This document shows positions 9,785 through 19,144 of a stretch of DNA of 64,000 nucleotides, piece after piece. The stretch spans positions 43,115 to 107,114 of the forward strand of contig WRBC01000005.1 in the NCBI GenBank assembly GCA_009779855.1. Reading direction: 5' to 3'. The translations under genes were made by a program, and so were the position numbers. Numbering within the stretch: the first letter of the stretch is position 1; the number at the start of each line of letters is the position of its first letter. The stretch comes from Coriobacteriia bacterium. GTDB lineage: Bacteria; Actinomycetota; Coriobacteriia; WRKU01; WQUG01. Under the pieces are notes generated by a model. It did no database searches. It saw only the letters and a list, made by a program, of their open reading frames with translations, and was not told where the DNA came from.

Positions 9785-10159
9785 ATGACAAAATTCAGTG
9801 CCGATAGGCCAATTTATACACAAATTATTGACCTAGTGCAGGTTCGTATTGTTACGGGTGTCTACCTACCTGAGTCAAAGCTGCCCAGCGTGCGCGACCT
9901 TGCGGTAGAGCTTGGGGTAAATCCCAATACTGTTCAGCGGGCATTTTCAGGACTCGAGCAAAGCGGACTTGTTAGGTGCGAGCTTACCTCAGGACGTTTT
10001 GTCACTGATTGTGTGCAGCTGATTAAAGATGTGCGCCAAAAGCTCTTGAAAGAGCAAACAGAGGACTACGTTAAAAATATGCGTCACTATGGCTGCAGCA
10101 GTACAGAAATCTGTGATTTAGTATGTCTTTGTGCAGAACAAACGGAGGCAACCTCATGA
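9785..10159 (+). CDS. GntR-family (YtrA-like, short) transcriptional regulator
   Basis: N-terminal wHTH: 'KLPSVRDLAVELGVNPNTVQRAFSGLEQSGLV'. Only 124 aa, and it is followed by an ABC ATPase and a permease, as in ytrA operons. Confidence 0.85.
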   Translation: MTKFSADRPIYTQIIDLVQVRIVTGVYLPESKLPSVRDLAVELGVNPNTVQRAFSGLEQSGLVRCELTSGRFVTDCVQLIKDVRQKLLKEQTEDYVKNMRHYGCSSTEICDLVCLCAEQTEATS

Positions 10160-10857
10160 CCTTACTTCAGTGCAAAGAACTCACAAAGACTTACGAGAAA
10201 GGTTCAGCTCCTGCCCTGAATGGTCTCGATTTAGATCTCGAGCGGGGCAAAATTATTGGCTTACTTGGGCCCAATGGTAGCGGAAAAACGACCCTCATCA
10301 AAATAATCAACGGACTACTTGTTCCCACGGCAGGTAAAGTACTCATTAATGGTCGACTACCTGGGATCGAGTCAAAGAAGTCCATTGCGTACCTTCCTGA
10401 CAAGAGTTATCTGGCTGACTGGATGCGTATTGCGCAGATAGTAGATTTTTTCGATGATTTCTATGCAGATTTTGACCAGCAGCGAGCATTGAGCATGCTT
10501 GAATTGTTAGATATTGATTCAAGGCAAGTCTTCAGGTCTCTCTCGAAGGGCACAAAAGAGAAGGTGCAGTTAGTTCTTGTGATGAGCAGAACTGCGCAAC
10601 TTTACCTGCTGGATGAACCTATTGGAGGAGTCGACCCTGCGGCACGCGACTTCATCTTGCGCACAATACTGACCAACTATTCAGAGGAAGCCAGTATTGT
10701 TATCTCAACACATCTTATTGCCGACGTGGAATCGATACTTGATGAAGTTATTTTTCTGGACAAGGGCAAAGTCACTCTACAAAGTTCAGTAGACGCTATC
10801 CGATCAGACAAGGGAAAGTCCGTGGACGAAACATTCAGGGAGGTGTTCGCATGCTAG
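10156..10857 (+). CDS. ABC transporter ATP-binding protein
   Basis: Walker A 'GPNGSGKTT', signature 'LSKGTKEKV', Walker B 'LYLLDEP'. RBS GGAGG at 10144-10148. ATGA overlap with the GntR stop. Confidence 0.85.
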   Translation: MTLLQCKELTKTYEKGSAPALNGLDLDLERGKIIGLLGPNGSGKTTLIKIINGLLVPTAGKVLINGRLPGIESKKSIAYLPDKSYLADWMRIAQIVDFFDDFYADFDQQRALSMLELLDIDSRQVFRSLSKGTKEKVQLVLVMSRTAQLYLLDEPIGGVDPAARDFILRTILTNYSEEASIVISTHLIADVESILDEVIFLDKGKVTLQSSVDAIRSDKGKSVDETFREVFAC

Positions 10858-11693
10858 ATAAGCTGATTAAGCATGAGTTCACTGCACTAGGACGTACTCT
10901 TATAGTAATCCACATGGTCCTTGTGGTCGTCAGTCTTCTTACGGCAGGGATTGGCCTGCTTAAGCCTGCCGGGAATTTCTTTAGCCTGCTTATTGTGCCC
11001 GCAGTAACGATTCTTTACTTCGTGGTAGTGTTTGGGGTGGGTTTCATAACACTTTTTGTAGTTGCTCAGCGTTTTTACACGAACTTGCTGGGGCCAGAAG
11101 GTTACTTGATGTTCACTTTGCCCGTATCAAGGCGTGATTTAATCTTGGCTAAGTTTATTCCGGCGATGTCTTGGCATATGATCTCAACAGTATTATCCAT
11201 TGCCTCGGTCGTTATAGTAGCGCTTGCCTGGACAGATACAAGCATCCTTGCCTACCAGCTGCTTTCTGGGATTAACGAACTCTTTTCCCTGGGAGAGGTT
11301 TCCACAGTGCTTATCGTGGCACTTATTGCGCTTACTTTTGCAGGAAGTGCAAATTATATCCTGATGGCGTACCTATCTATGGCTTTAGGCCAATTGGCTA
11401 ATAAAGGACGGATTGTCCTGTCAGTCGCCATTTATTTTGGGATTTACATGACTCTGCAATTTTTAGGTCTTATTGTAGTAGCGATAGTGGCTTTGGTTGC
11501 TCCTGCATCTGCCTTAGAGGTGCAGGTTGTTGGCGGGCATGCCTTTACGGTAATTGCGCTTGCAGAACCCTTTGATGACCAGGGCTTATTAGCACTTGTG
11601 CTGTTAGGGGCAACAGCACTTACCTTAGGGGCAAGTGTTGCCTATTTCTTCATCACTGAACGCCTTTTAGATAGGCGCCTTAATCTGCTTTAG
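10851..11693 (+). CDS. ABC-2 type transporter permease
   Basis: 280 aa with about six hydrophobic helices. Start overlaps the ATPase stop. Confidence 0.75.
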   Translation: MLDKLIKHEFTALGRTLIVIHMVLVVVSLLTAGIGLLKPAGNFFSLLIVPAVTILYFVVVFGVGFITLFVVAQRFYTNLLGPEGYLMFTLPVSRRDLILAKFIPAMSWHMISTVLSIASVVIVALAWTDTSILAYQLLSGINELFSLGEVSTVLIVALIALTFAGSANYILMAYLSMALGQLANKGRIVLSVAIYFGIYMTLQFLGLIVVAIVALVAPASALEVQVVGGHAFTVIALAEPFDDQGLLALVLLGATALTLGASVAYFFITERLLDRRLNLL

Positions 11694-11786
11694 TTGAGTG
11701 AAGCTTCTTTTTTACAGGAAGTAATCGTTGTGGTATTGGCTGGTAAGATAATACAGGTTAAATGACTCGTGAAAGGAGCCTAGCAT

Positions 11787-12119
11787 ATGGCCTTAACTCA
11801 GGCTGAAGTCCGCGAGATTGGATTGATTGCTCGTCTTAATTTAGAGGACGGGGCAATTGAGGGACTCCAAGAAGAACTAAATCAAATTCTAACCTATGTT
11901 GAGCACATGCAGGAGCTTGACCTTGAGGGAGTAGCACCCACAGCCTATTCGACAGATTTCACGGATAGTCTGCGTGACGATGTGCGTGTTCCCAGTCTGC
12001 CGCGCGAGGCAGTACTTATGAATGCTCCCGAATCAAAAGAGGGGGCGTTTCTTGTCCCGCGCATTAAGGCACTTGGGATAGAGGACAGCAGAGAAGATAC
12101 AGCGGGGGGGGGCTCATAA
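11787..12119 (+). CDS. gatC: Asp-tRNA(Asn)/Glu-tRNA(Gln) amidotransferase subunit C
   Basis: 'LTQAEVREIGLIARLNL...LNQILTYVEHMQELDLEGV' is typical GatC. RBS AAAGGAG. Lies directly upstream of gatA. Confidence 0.9.
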   Translation: MALTQAEVREIGLIARLNLEDGAIEGLQEELNQILTYVEHMQELDLEGVAPTAYSTDFTDSLRDDVRVPSLPREAVLMNAPESKEGAFLVPRIKALGIEDSREDTAGGGS

Positions 12120-13625
12120 ATGTCTGATACGCAGAAGCGATTGGCGGATACGCTTCCTTTCATGTCGGCCACAGAGGTCTCTGCGCTGGTGACCAGCAAA
12201 GAGGTCAGCGCACGTGAAGTTGCGCATACTATGCTAGATCGCATCAAGCAACTGGATGGTGACATCCACGCCTATAATGAGGTTACACCAGAGCTTGCTT
12301 TGGCCGCAGCGGATAACCTTGATAAACGTATAGCAGAAGGTGCCACGGCTGAAGAATTGGGTAAGCTAGCGGGTGCCCCTGTTGCCTTCAAGGACAATAT
12401 GAACTTAGTTGGCACACATACAACATGTTCATCAAAAATGCTGGAAGGTTTCCAGTCACCCTATGACTGTACGGCAGTGCGCAGACTTCTTGATGCGCAC
12501 ACTCTTCCCTTGGGCAAGCTTAATATGGACGAGTTCGCTTTTGGCTCCTCCACAGAAACCTCTGCTACGGGACTTACCCATAATCCGTGGGACCACAAGC
12601 GTGTTCCAGGGGGATCTTCTGGGGGAAGTGCCGCAGCGGTTTCAGCAGGTATGGCGACCATTACTCTAGGTTCTGACACAGGAGGATCCATTCGTCAGCC
12701 AGCAGCCTTTACCGGTACCGTTGGACTAAAGCCTAGCTACGGACGTGTGTCTCGTTATGGCTGTGTTGCTTTCGCATCATCGCTGGACCAGATTGGGCCT
12801 TTCTCTCACACGGTTCGTGACAGTGCGCTTGCGCTAGGTGCCATTGCAGGAAAAGATCCGCTAGATGCTACCAGTATGAATGTTCCTGCTGAAGACTATT
12901 TTGCAAGCTGCAATCAGGGCGTGGAGGGTATGCGCGTAGCCGTGGCTACTGACTTGCTAGAACAAGAAGGCCTTGATCCGCGCCTAAAGAAAGAAGTTCT
13001 GGACAGTGCAGAATTGCTTGCTGGTATGGGTGCAGAGGTTGTGGAAATCACATTGCCCTCTACCAAGTACGGGCTTCCTGCTTATTACGTACTGGGCCCA
13101 GCGGAGGCCTCCAGCAACATGGCACGTTTTGATGGTATTCGCTACGGTCATCGTGCAGAGAATGCAGAAGATATTCTTGACCTGTATATGCGCAGTAGAT
13201 CAGAGGGCTTCGGTGATGAAACTATTCGCCGCATCATGATAGGTACCTATGTTCTTAGCTCAGGACATTATGACAGCTACTACATGCAGGCTCAAAAGGT
13301 ACGTACGGTTATCAGAGATGACTACAAGGCGGTGTTCGCCCAGGCGGATGTTTTGCTGACTCCTTCAACGCCTGTGCTGCCCTTCAAGTTTGGCGAATTT
13401 GCTGATGATCCTACGGCTATGTACTTATCGGATTACTATACGATTCCTGTAAATATGGCAGGTATTGCAGGTATGTCTTTACCGACGCGCCTTATTGATG
13501 GTCTGCCTGCAAGCGTTCAATTGGTAGCGAATCATTTTAGAGAGACTGACTTATTCCGTGCAGGTGCAGCATTAGAGAGCAGCTTTGCTTTTCCTTACGA
13601 CAGTGTTCCTGCAGGACAGGCATAA
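12120..13625 (+). CDS. gatA: Glutamyl-tRNA(Gln) amidotransferase subunit A (amidase signature family)
   Basis: Amidase signature 'GGSSGGSAAAV' and 'GSDTGGSIRQPA'. 501 aa. Confidence 0.95.
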   Translation: MSDTQKRLADTLPFMSATEVSALVTSKEVSAREVAHTMLDRIKQLDGDIHAYNEVTPELALAAADNLDKRIAEGATAEELGKLAGAPVAFKDNMNLVGTHTTCSSKMLEGFQSPYDCTAVRRLLDAHTLPLGKLNMDEFAFGSSTETSATGLTHNPWDHKRVPGGSSGGSAAAVSAGMATITLGSDTGGSIRQPAAFTGTVGLKPSYGRVSRYGCVAFASSLDQIGPFSHTVRDSALALGAIAGKDPLDATSMNVPAEDYFASCNQGVEGMRVAVATDLLEQEGLDPRLKKEVLDSAELLAGMGAEVVEITLPSTKYGLPAYYVLGPAEASSNMARFDGIRYGHRAENAEDILDLYMRSRSEGFGDETIRRIMIGTYVLSSGHYDSYYMQAQKVRTVIRDDYKAVFAQADVLLTPSTPVLPFKFGEFADDPTAMYLSDYYTIPVNMAGIAGMSLPTRLIDGLPASVQLVANHFRETDLFRAGAALESSFAFPYDSVPAGQA

Positions 13626-13645
13626 GCAAGCAAGCGACAGCAAGA

Positions 13646-15163
13646 GTGAATGACGATAAGAAATATATAAGGACAACACGGACTACGATGAAGGCGGAAA
13701 AGGACATAAAAAAGCCTCTCGATGTTGACGAAGGAAACCCTGAAGAGGGAATCAACGGAAATGGTGAGGTGGGCACTGCAGAGCTTGAGCAAGTAGTTGC
13801 AGATCAGGCGGCTCGTGCTGCTGCGGCAAAAATCGAAGACTCTTCCTCTGAAGTTTCCGACAAAGCCCCTGCAGAAGATGACACGGCACTTTCTGACCAA
13901 CTGCAAGGCTTGCGTGGCGAATTGAAGTCCACACTACCAGAGCCAGAGAAGTTTTTAAGCTTTGAAGCAGCAGTGGCTGACAGAGAAAGCAGCGAAGAAG
14001 ATGAGCAGTCTCCGGGCAGATTTCCTAATTCCCCGCGCTTTTTGCTGCGTTTTGGCATCATTGCCCTTGTTGTTTCACTTATTGTAGTGGGTGGACTTGT
14101 CTTATTTCTTCGTGTAGAGATGCCCTCTTTGGTGGGACAGACTTCGGTAGAAGCAAGTGAGACCCTTGTCGACCTTGGGCTTGATTTTGAGCTTTTTGAA
14201 GAAGAAGTTCCTGGAACCCCTGCAGGACAGGTGCTCTCTACAACACCTGCAGCGGGTGAGTACGTTATGCGCGGCACAACGGTAGTAGTACGTGTTGCAG
14301 CAGATACTGATCTTGTGGCAGTACCCGACTTGCGAGGAATGAGTCTTGATGAGGCTAAAGAGGCTCTAACAGCTCTGCGCCTAGACGCTGAAACGGTTTA
14401 TACCTTTGACGGTGCTGTGCCTGCGGGCAACATCGTTGGTTTCTTGCCGGTAATAAATACGCAGATTCCTGCGGGTACTTCTGTGACTATCTTAGTTTCT
14501 GCAGGAGTATTCGAGGCATCCCTTGATGTCCCGCGTGTCATTGGCTTGACTGAAGAGGCAGCCCGTACCGTTTTGATAGAGGCAGGTTTTAATCCCGTCA
14601 TGTACTATGCAGCAACAACACGGGGAGAGATTGACCATGTTGTTTCACAAACCCCGGGTGAGGGTAATATGGTGAGTCCAGGATCGCCCATATTGATGAT
14701 GGTCTCAACAGGGAACTCTACTACAGATCATCCTATTCCTGACGTTTCAGAAGAGCGAAGGGCTGAGGCAGAAATTATTTTAGAGCAAGCAGGATTCGAG
14801 CCAGAGCCCTTTTCTATCGTGGATGCTGGCGTAGATGCAGGGACGGTTATCTCTCAGATGCCTCCTGCCCAGGATGCCTTGCTACGTTCTGGTGATCCTG
14901 TGGGACTGCTTGTCTCAGCAGGCGCGAACTCAGCAGCAGAGGTTCCGAGTGTTTTAGGACTAGATGAGGAATCTGCGCGCGATACACTTCGCGGGGTAGG
15001 ACTTAATGCCGTGTTTATTTTTGATCCTGTTCTGGCCGGATCATCTGTAGATGACATTAGCCCAGAAGTAAGGGGAGATATTGTTACGCAGCAATTTCCT
15101 GCGGGGGGTAGCCAGTATCATATCGGGCTTCCCGTCCTAGTATTTTTGTCAGCACAGGATTAG
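13646..15163 (+). CDS. Membrane protein with an acidic cytoplasmic N-terminus, one TM and five extracellular PASTA domains (no kinase domain)
   Basis: TM 'FGIIALVVSLIVVGGLVLFL'. Five ~65-aa repeats, each opening 'VP.L.G' or 'VPSVLGL' and closing '...V.LLVS'. Sits between gatA and gatB. Confidence 0.8.
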   Translation: MNDDKKYIRTTRTTMKAEKDIKKPLDVDEGNPEEGINGNGEVGTAELEQVVADQAARAAAAKIEDSSSEVSDKAPAEDDTALSDQLQGLRGELKSTLPEPEKFLSFEAAVADRESSEEDEQSPGRFPNSPRFLLRFGIIALVVSLIVVGGLVLFLRVEMPSLVGQTSVEASETLVDLGLDFELFEEEVPGTPAGQVLSTTPAAGEYVMRGTTVVVRVAADTDLVAVPDLRGMSLDEAKEALTALRLDAETVYTFDGAVPAGNIVGFLPVINTQIPAGTSVTILVSAGVFEASLDVPRVIGLTEEAARTVLIEAGFNPVMYYAATTRGEIDHVVSQTPGEGNMVSPGSPILMMVSTGNSTTDHPIPDVSEERRAEAEIILEQAGFEPEPFSIVDAGVDAGTVISQMPPAQDALLRSGDPVGLLVSAGANSAAEVPSVLGLDEESARDTLRGVGLNAVFIFDPVLAGSSVDDISPEVRGDIVTQQFPAGGSQYHIGLPVLVFLSAQD

Positions 15164-15225
15164 TCAATTAATCATTTCGCTATTTAGAAGAAGGCTTTAT
15201 AAGGGGACGAAGGAAGGTAAGAAGC

Positions 15226-16797
15226 ATGCCAAGAGAATTAAAAGATGTACTGCATGACTGGGAAGCAGTGATTGGTCTCGAGATTCATACAGAAATTACG
15301 ACATCGCAGACAAAGATGTTTTGTGGCTGTCCTGTCGCCTTTGGTGGTGAGCCGAATTCGCGTACCTGTCCTACCTGTGCAGGTTTGCCAGGTGCACTAC
15401 CTGTGCCCAACAAGAAGGCAATCGAATGGACAGTGCTCTCTGGTCTGTCTATTGGTTGCGATATTGCGCGCTGGTCTCAGTTTAGCCGCAAGAATTACTT
15501 CTACCCTGATATGCCAGCAAACTATCAAATATCACAGTTTGACACACCTTTTTGCTTTGACGGTGAGGTCACGGTAGAAGTTGATGAAAAATTCACTTGG
15601 CAGCGCTATGACCGTGGTACCGCAGACAATGTCAAAGCTGTGGAGGGTGATGTCGATAAAGGCTACAATGCGCGCATCGGCGTAACTCGCATTCACCTAG
15701 AAGAAGACACAGGCAAGATGATACACGTTGGCGGTAGTGATGGCCGCATTACGGGGGCAATCGCTTCACTCGTTGACTTTAATCGTGCAGGTTTGCCACT
15801 TATGGAATTGGTAAGCGAACCCGACATTCGTACCCCAGAAGAGGCTCGTCGTTTTGTTCATAAGCTACGTAATATCTTTTTGACCTTGGGTGTTTCAGAC
15901 TGCAGTATGGAGGAAGGTTCCATGCGTGTTGATGGAAACATTTCTGTACGCAAACGCGGAACAACGGAGTTCGGAACAAAGACAGAGCTTAAAAACATGA
16001 ACTCTTTGAAAGCCTTACATGATGGTCTTACCTACGAGATTGTCCGTCAGGTGGAGCTAATTGAATCAGGCGGTAAAGTTACGCAAGAGACACGTCACTA
16101 CGATCCTGTGACAAAGGTAACAAGTACGCTTCGCTCGAAAGAAGATGCGCAAGATTATCGCTACTTCCCAGAGCCTGATATTGCCCCTGTTGTTTTGACT
16201 GACGCGCAGATTGAAGAAATTGCTTCCCGCCTACCAGAGTTACCTGATCAGCGAAAAGATCGCCTGATGAAAGACTTGGGTCTTCCAAACTATGATGCAG
16301 GTGTCATAGCAGGTGACGTTGAACTGTCAGCCTATTTTGATGAGGGTCTTGCCTCAGTAGGCAAAGGGCGCCTAAAAGATCTGGCAAAACCTTTTGCAAA
16401 CCTGGTTCTGGGCGATTTGAGTGCCTACCTCAATGCTGAGGGTATTACTGCTGACGCAAGCAAAATTAGCAGCGCTGACTGCATGGAGCTTGTCGGGCTT
16501 GTCCATGAAGGGACTATTAGTGGCAAACAAGCCAAAGAGGTTTTTGAACTGATGGTAGAAAGCGGAGCAAGTCCCACAACTATCGTTGAAGAGCGTGGCA
16601 TGAAGCAACTTAGTGATGCGGGTGAACTTGAAGGTATCATTACAGCTATTGTTGAGGCTCACCCAGATCAGGCTAATGCCTATCGTGGCGGAAAAACGGG
16701 ACTAATGGGCTTCTTTGTCGGGCAGGTTATGAAAGAGACAAAGGGACAGGCAAATCCTAAAATGGTAAACGAGATATTGGGACGCTTGCTCTCTTAG
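15226..16797 (+). CDS. gatB: Asp-tRNA(Asn)/Glu-tRNA(Gln) amidotransferase subunit B
   Basis: 'WEAVIGLEIHTEI...KMFCGCP' is the characteristic GatB N-terminus. C-terminal GatB/YqeY domain present. RBS AGGAAGG. Confidence 0.95.
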   Translation: MPRELKDVLHDWEAVIGLEIHTEITTSQTKMFCGCPVAFGGEPNSRTCPTCAGLPGALPVPNKKAIEWTVLSGLSIGCDIARWSQFSRKNYFYPDMPANYQISQFDTPFCFDGEVTVEVDEKFTWQRYDRGTADNVKAVEGDVDKGYNARIGVTRIHLEEDTGKMIHVGGSDGRITGAIASLVDFNRAGLPLMELVSEPDIRTPEEARRFVHKLRNIFLTLGVSDCSMEEGSMRVDGNISVRKRGTTEFGTKTELKNMNSLKALHDGLTYEIVRQVELIESGGKVTQETRHYDPVTKVTSTLRSKEDAQDYRYFPEPDIAPVVLTDAQIEEIASRLPELPDQRKDRLMKDLGLPNYDAGVIAGDVELSAYFDEGLASVGKGRLKDLAKPFANLVLGDLSAYLNAEGITADASKISSADCMELVGLVHEGTISGKQAKEVFELMVESGASPTTIVEERGMKQLSDAGELEGIITAIVEAHPDQANAYRGGKTGLMGFFVGQVMKETKGQANPKMVNEILGRLLS

Positions 16798-16836
16798 GAT
16801 TGCTGCGCACAATTATGACGTGATGAATTCCCCCCG

Positions 16837-18297
16837 ATGACCACAAATCCGCTGCTCATAGACCTGTACCAGCTGACCATGGCGCAGGGCTATTTTCGTG
16901 AAGGTATGCAGGAAGCCCAGGCCTCGTTCACCTATAGTTTCCGTGAACATCCCTTCAAGGGGGGATTTGCAGTTTTCGCGGGGCTTTATGAATTCGGAAA
17001 CCATCTAGAAAACTGGAGTTTCAGCACAGAAGACATACAGTGGCTTTCCTCATTAAAGGCTGCTGACGGAACAGTTTTATTTGGCAAGGATTTTCTTGAA
17101 TACCTAAAAAAGTTACAAGTAGATCAACTTGAGATATCGGCGGTTTCTGAGGGCAGTATTGTTTTTGCTGGTGAACCTTTGCTACGCGTGACGGGATCTT
17201 TGATTGTTACTCAGCTTTTAGAGACAACGCTTATGAATCGTCTTAATTTTGAAACCTTGATTGCAACCAAGGCAGCACGCTGTTATATCGCTGCTGGGGG
17301 CGATCCTGTTCTTGAATTTGGGCTACGCCGGGCACAGGGACCAGATGGAGGAATTAGCGCCAGCCGTGCAGCCTACATTGGGGGCTGCAGTGCGACTTCA
17401 AATCTTGAAGCGGGGCGCAAGTTTGGCCTTCCTGTTGCAGGTACTCATGCGCACTCATGGGTGATGGCGCACACTAGCGAAGAAGAGGCTTTTGAATCAT
17501 GGACGCGCTCTGCTGCCAATAACTCAATCCTGCTGGTAGATACGTACAATTCTGAAAAAGGGATAGAGCAGGCGGTAAAAGCAGGGGCTGCACTTGAGGC
17601 TCGTGGGGGCACCTTTGCAGGGGTTCGTCTGGATTCGGGTGACCTTGCTTGGCTGTCAAGACGTGCCCGAAAAATGCTTGATTCTGTAGGCCTGGAACAT
17701 GCGAAAATATATGCGAGCAATAATCTTGATGAGCACACTATTTTGAGTCTAAAATCCCAGGGTGCGATGATTGATTCCTGGGGGGTTGGTACACGCCTAG
17801 CTACGGGGGGCGACCAGTCTGCTTTAGGTGGCGTGTATAAAATGACCGCAATGAGACCGTCCCCAACTGATTCGTGGGAACCAAAGATTAAGGTGTCTGA
17901 TCAGTCGATTAAGACCAGCATACCGGGAATACTTGCGGTTCGCAGATTTCTTGATTACAAGGGTAGGCCTGTCGGCGATATGATTTATGATTTGAACAAT
18001 CCCCCTGCAGGAGGGGCAGAAGTAACCATTGTTGACCCAAGGGATGTCACGCGTCAAAAAAACTTCGACGCAGAGATGGACAGTATCGAACTGCTAAAAC
18101 CCTTCTTCAGAGGAGGATCCTTAGTTCAGCTGCAGAACGATATTCATGAAATTAGAGAGAACTGCCTGGCAAATCTGGCAGTATTGGATAAAAGTCATCA
18201 ACGCTTTATGCGCCCACATCTTTATCCCGTGGGTCTAGAGCGCAATCTTTTCGAGAAGCGTCTAGAGATGATTACGAGACACAAAGGAGTGTCCTAA
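16837..18297 (+). CDS. pncB: Nicotinate phosphoribosyltransferase
   Basis: 'LIDLYQLTMAQGYF' N-terminus and 'GTHAHSWVMA' motif. 486 aa. Confidence 0.9.
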   Translation: MTTNPLLIDLYQLTMAQGYFREGMQEAQASFTYSFREHPFKGGFAVFAGLYEFGNHLENWSFSTEDIQWLSSLKAADGTVLFGKDFLEYLKKLQVDQLEISAVSEGSIVFAGEPLLRVTGSLIVTQLLETTLMNRLNFETLIATKAARCYIAAGGDPVLEFGLRRAQGPDGGISASRAAYIGGCSATSNLEAGRKFGLPVAGTHAHSWVMAHTSEEEAFESWTRSAANNSILLVDTYNSEKGIEQAVKAGAALEARGGTFAGVRLDSGDLAWLSRRARKMLDSVGLEHAKIYASNNLDEHTILSLKSQGAMIDSWGVGTRLATGGDQSALGGVYKMTAMRPSPTDSWEPKIKVSDQSIKTSIPGILAVRRFLDYKGRPVGDMIYDLNNPPAGGAEVTIVDPRDVTRQKNFDAEMDSIELLKPFFRGGSLVQLQNDIHEIRENCLANLAVLDKSHQRFMRPHLYPVGLERNLFEKRLEMITRHKGVS

Positions 18298-19082
18298 TGT
18301 CACAAGAACAAAAGCAGGCTCAGTTAGCCGTATTTATAGATTTTGAAAACCTAGCGCTAGGTATTCAGCCTAAAACATCTAGCGGTAGACGTCGTAAACG
18401 CACTGATAAGTTAGATATGCAGCTAATTCTAGAGCGTCTTGTTGAAAAGGGAAAGATTGTAGTTAAGCGTGCTTACTGCGATTGGCAACGCTTTCCCGAA
18501 TACGTAGTTTCCTTGCACGAACTGGGTATTGAGCTTATTGAGATTCCTGATCGTTATATGACGGGCAAGAACTCAGCCGATATTCGTTTGGTGGTGGATG
18601 CTCTAGAGATGGGCCTCTCGAAAGACCACATTGATACCTATGTCATTGTATCGGGGGACAGTGATTTCTTACCCCTGGTAAGTAAGCTCCGTGAAAATGG
18701 AAAGACCATTATTGGCGTGGGACTTAAAGACTCAACTAGTGACTTGCTTGCTAACAATTGCGATGAGTTTATCTTCTATGACGATATTGGTGCGGGCAGC
18801 GAGGTGCCAAAGATTGGTGAGAATGTTACCCGTAAACAGCGCCCCGCCTACAAGCTGCTGTTCGAGACCATCGATGCTATGCAGCGTGAAAGTACTACAA
18901 AGATGCACAGTTCATTAGTAAAAGATACTATCCGTCGCAAGAAACCACAGTTTTCCGAGCGCAGTTATGGGTACCGCAGTTTCAATCAATTGCTCGAGGA
19001 TGCTCAGACAAAGGGATACATTGAAATCTGCAAGGATGAGCGCAGTGGCACCTATGTTGTGGAAGGGTTCGCAAAGCAATGA
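18297..19082 (+). CDS. NYN (LabA-like) domain protein with a C-terminal OST-HTH/LOTUS domain
   Basis: 'AVFIDFENLALG', 'YCDWQRF', 'GKNSADIRLVVDALEM', 'YVIVSGDSDFLPLVSKLRENGKTIIGVG' (NYN). C-terminal ~70 aa look LOTUS-like. ATG overlaps the pncB stop by 1 nt. Confidence 0.8.
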   Translation: MSQEQKQAQLAVFIDFENLALGIQPKTSSGRRRKRTDKLDMQLILERLVEKGKIVVKRAYCDWQRFPEYVVSLHELGIELIEIPDRYMTGKNSADIRLVVDALEMGLSKDHIDTYVIVSGDSDFLPLVSKLRENGKTIIGVGLKDSTSDLLANNCDEFIFYDDIGAGSEVPKIGENVTRKQRPAYKLLFETIDAMQRESTTKMHSSLVKDTIRRKKPQFSERSYGYRSFNQLLEDAQTKGYIEICKDERSGTYVVEGFAKQ

Positions 19083-19144
19083 ACCTAGGCAAGACGGAAA
19101 GCAGAAGTAAGTGAAGCAGGAAACACTAGAGGGGTGCAAGGTAC

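Noticed and set aside
11694-11786. Possible terminator and promoter between the ABC permease and gatC (GAAGCTTC palindrome plus T6; GATAAT -10-like)
   Set aside because: The palindrome is only 8 nt with no loop, and no convincing -35 lies at the proper spacing. Too weak to report as features.
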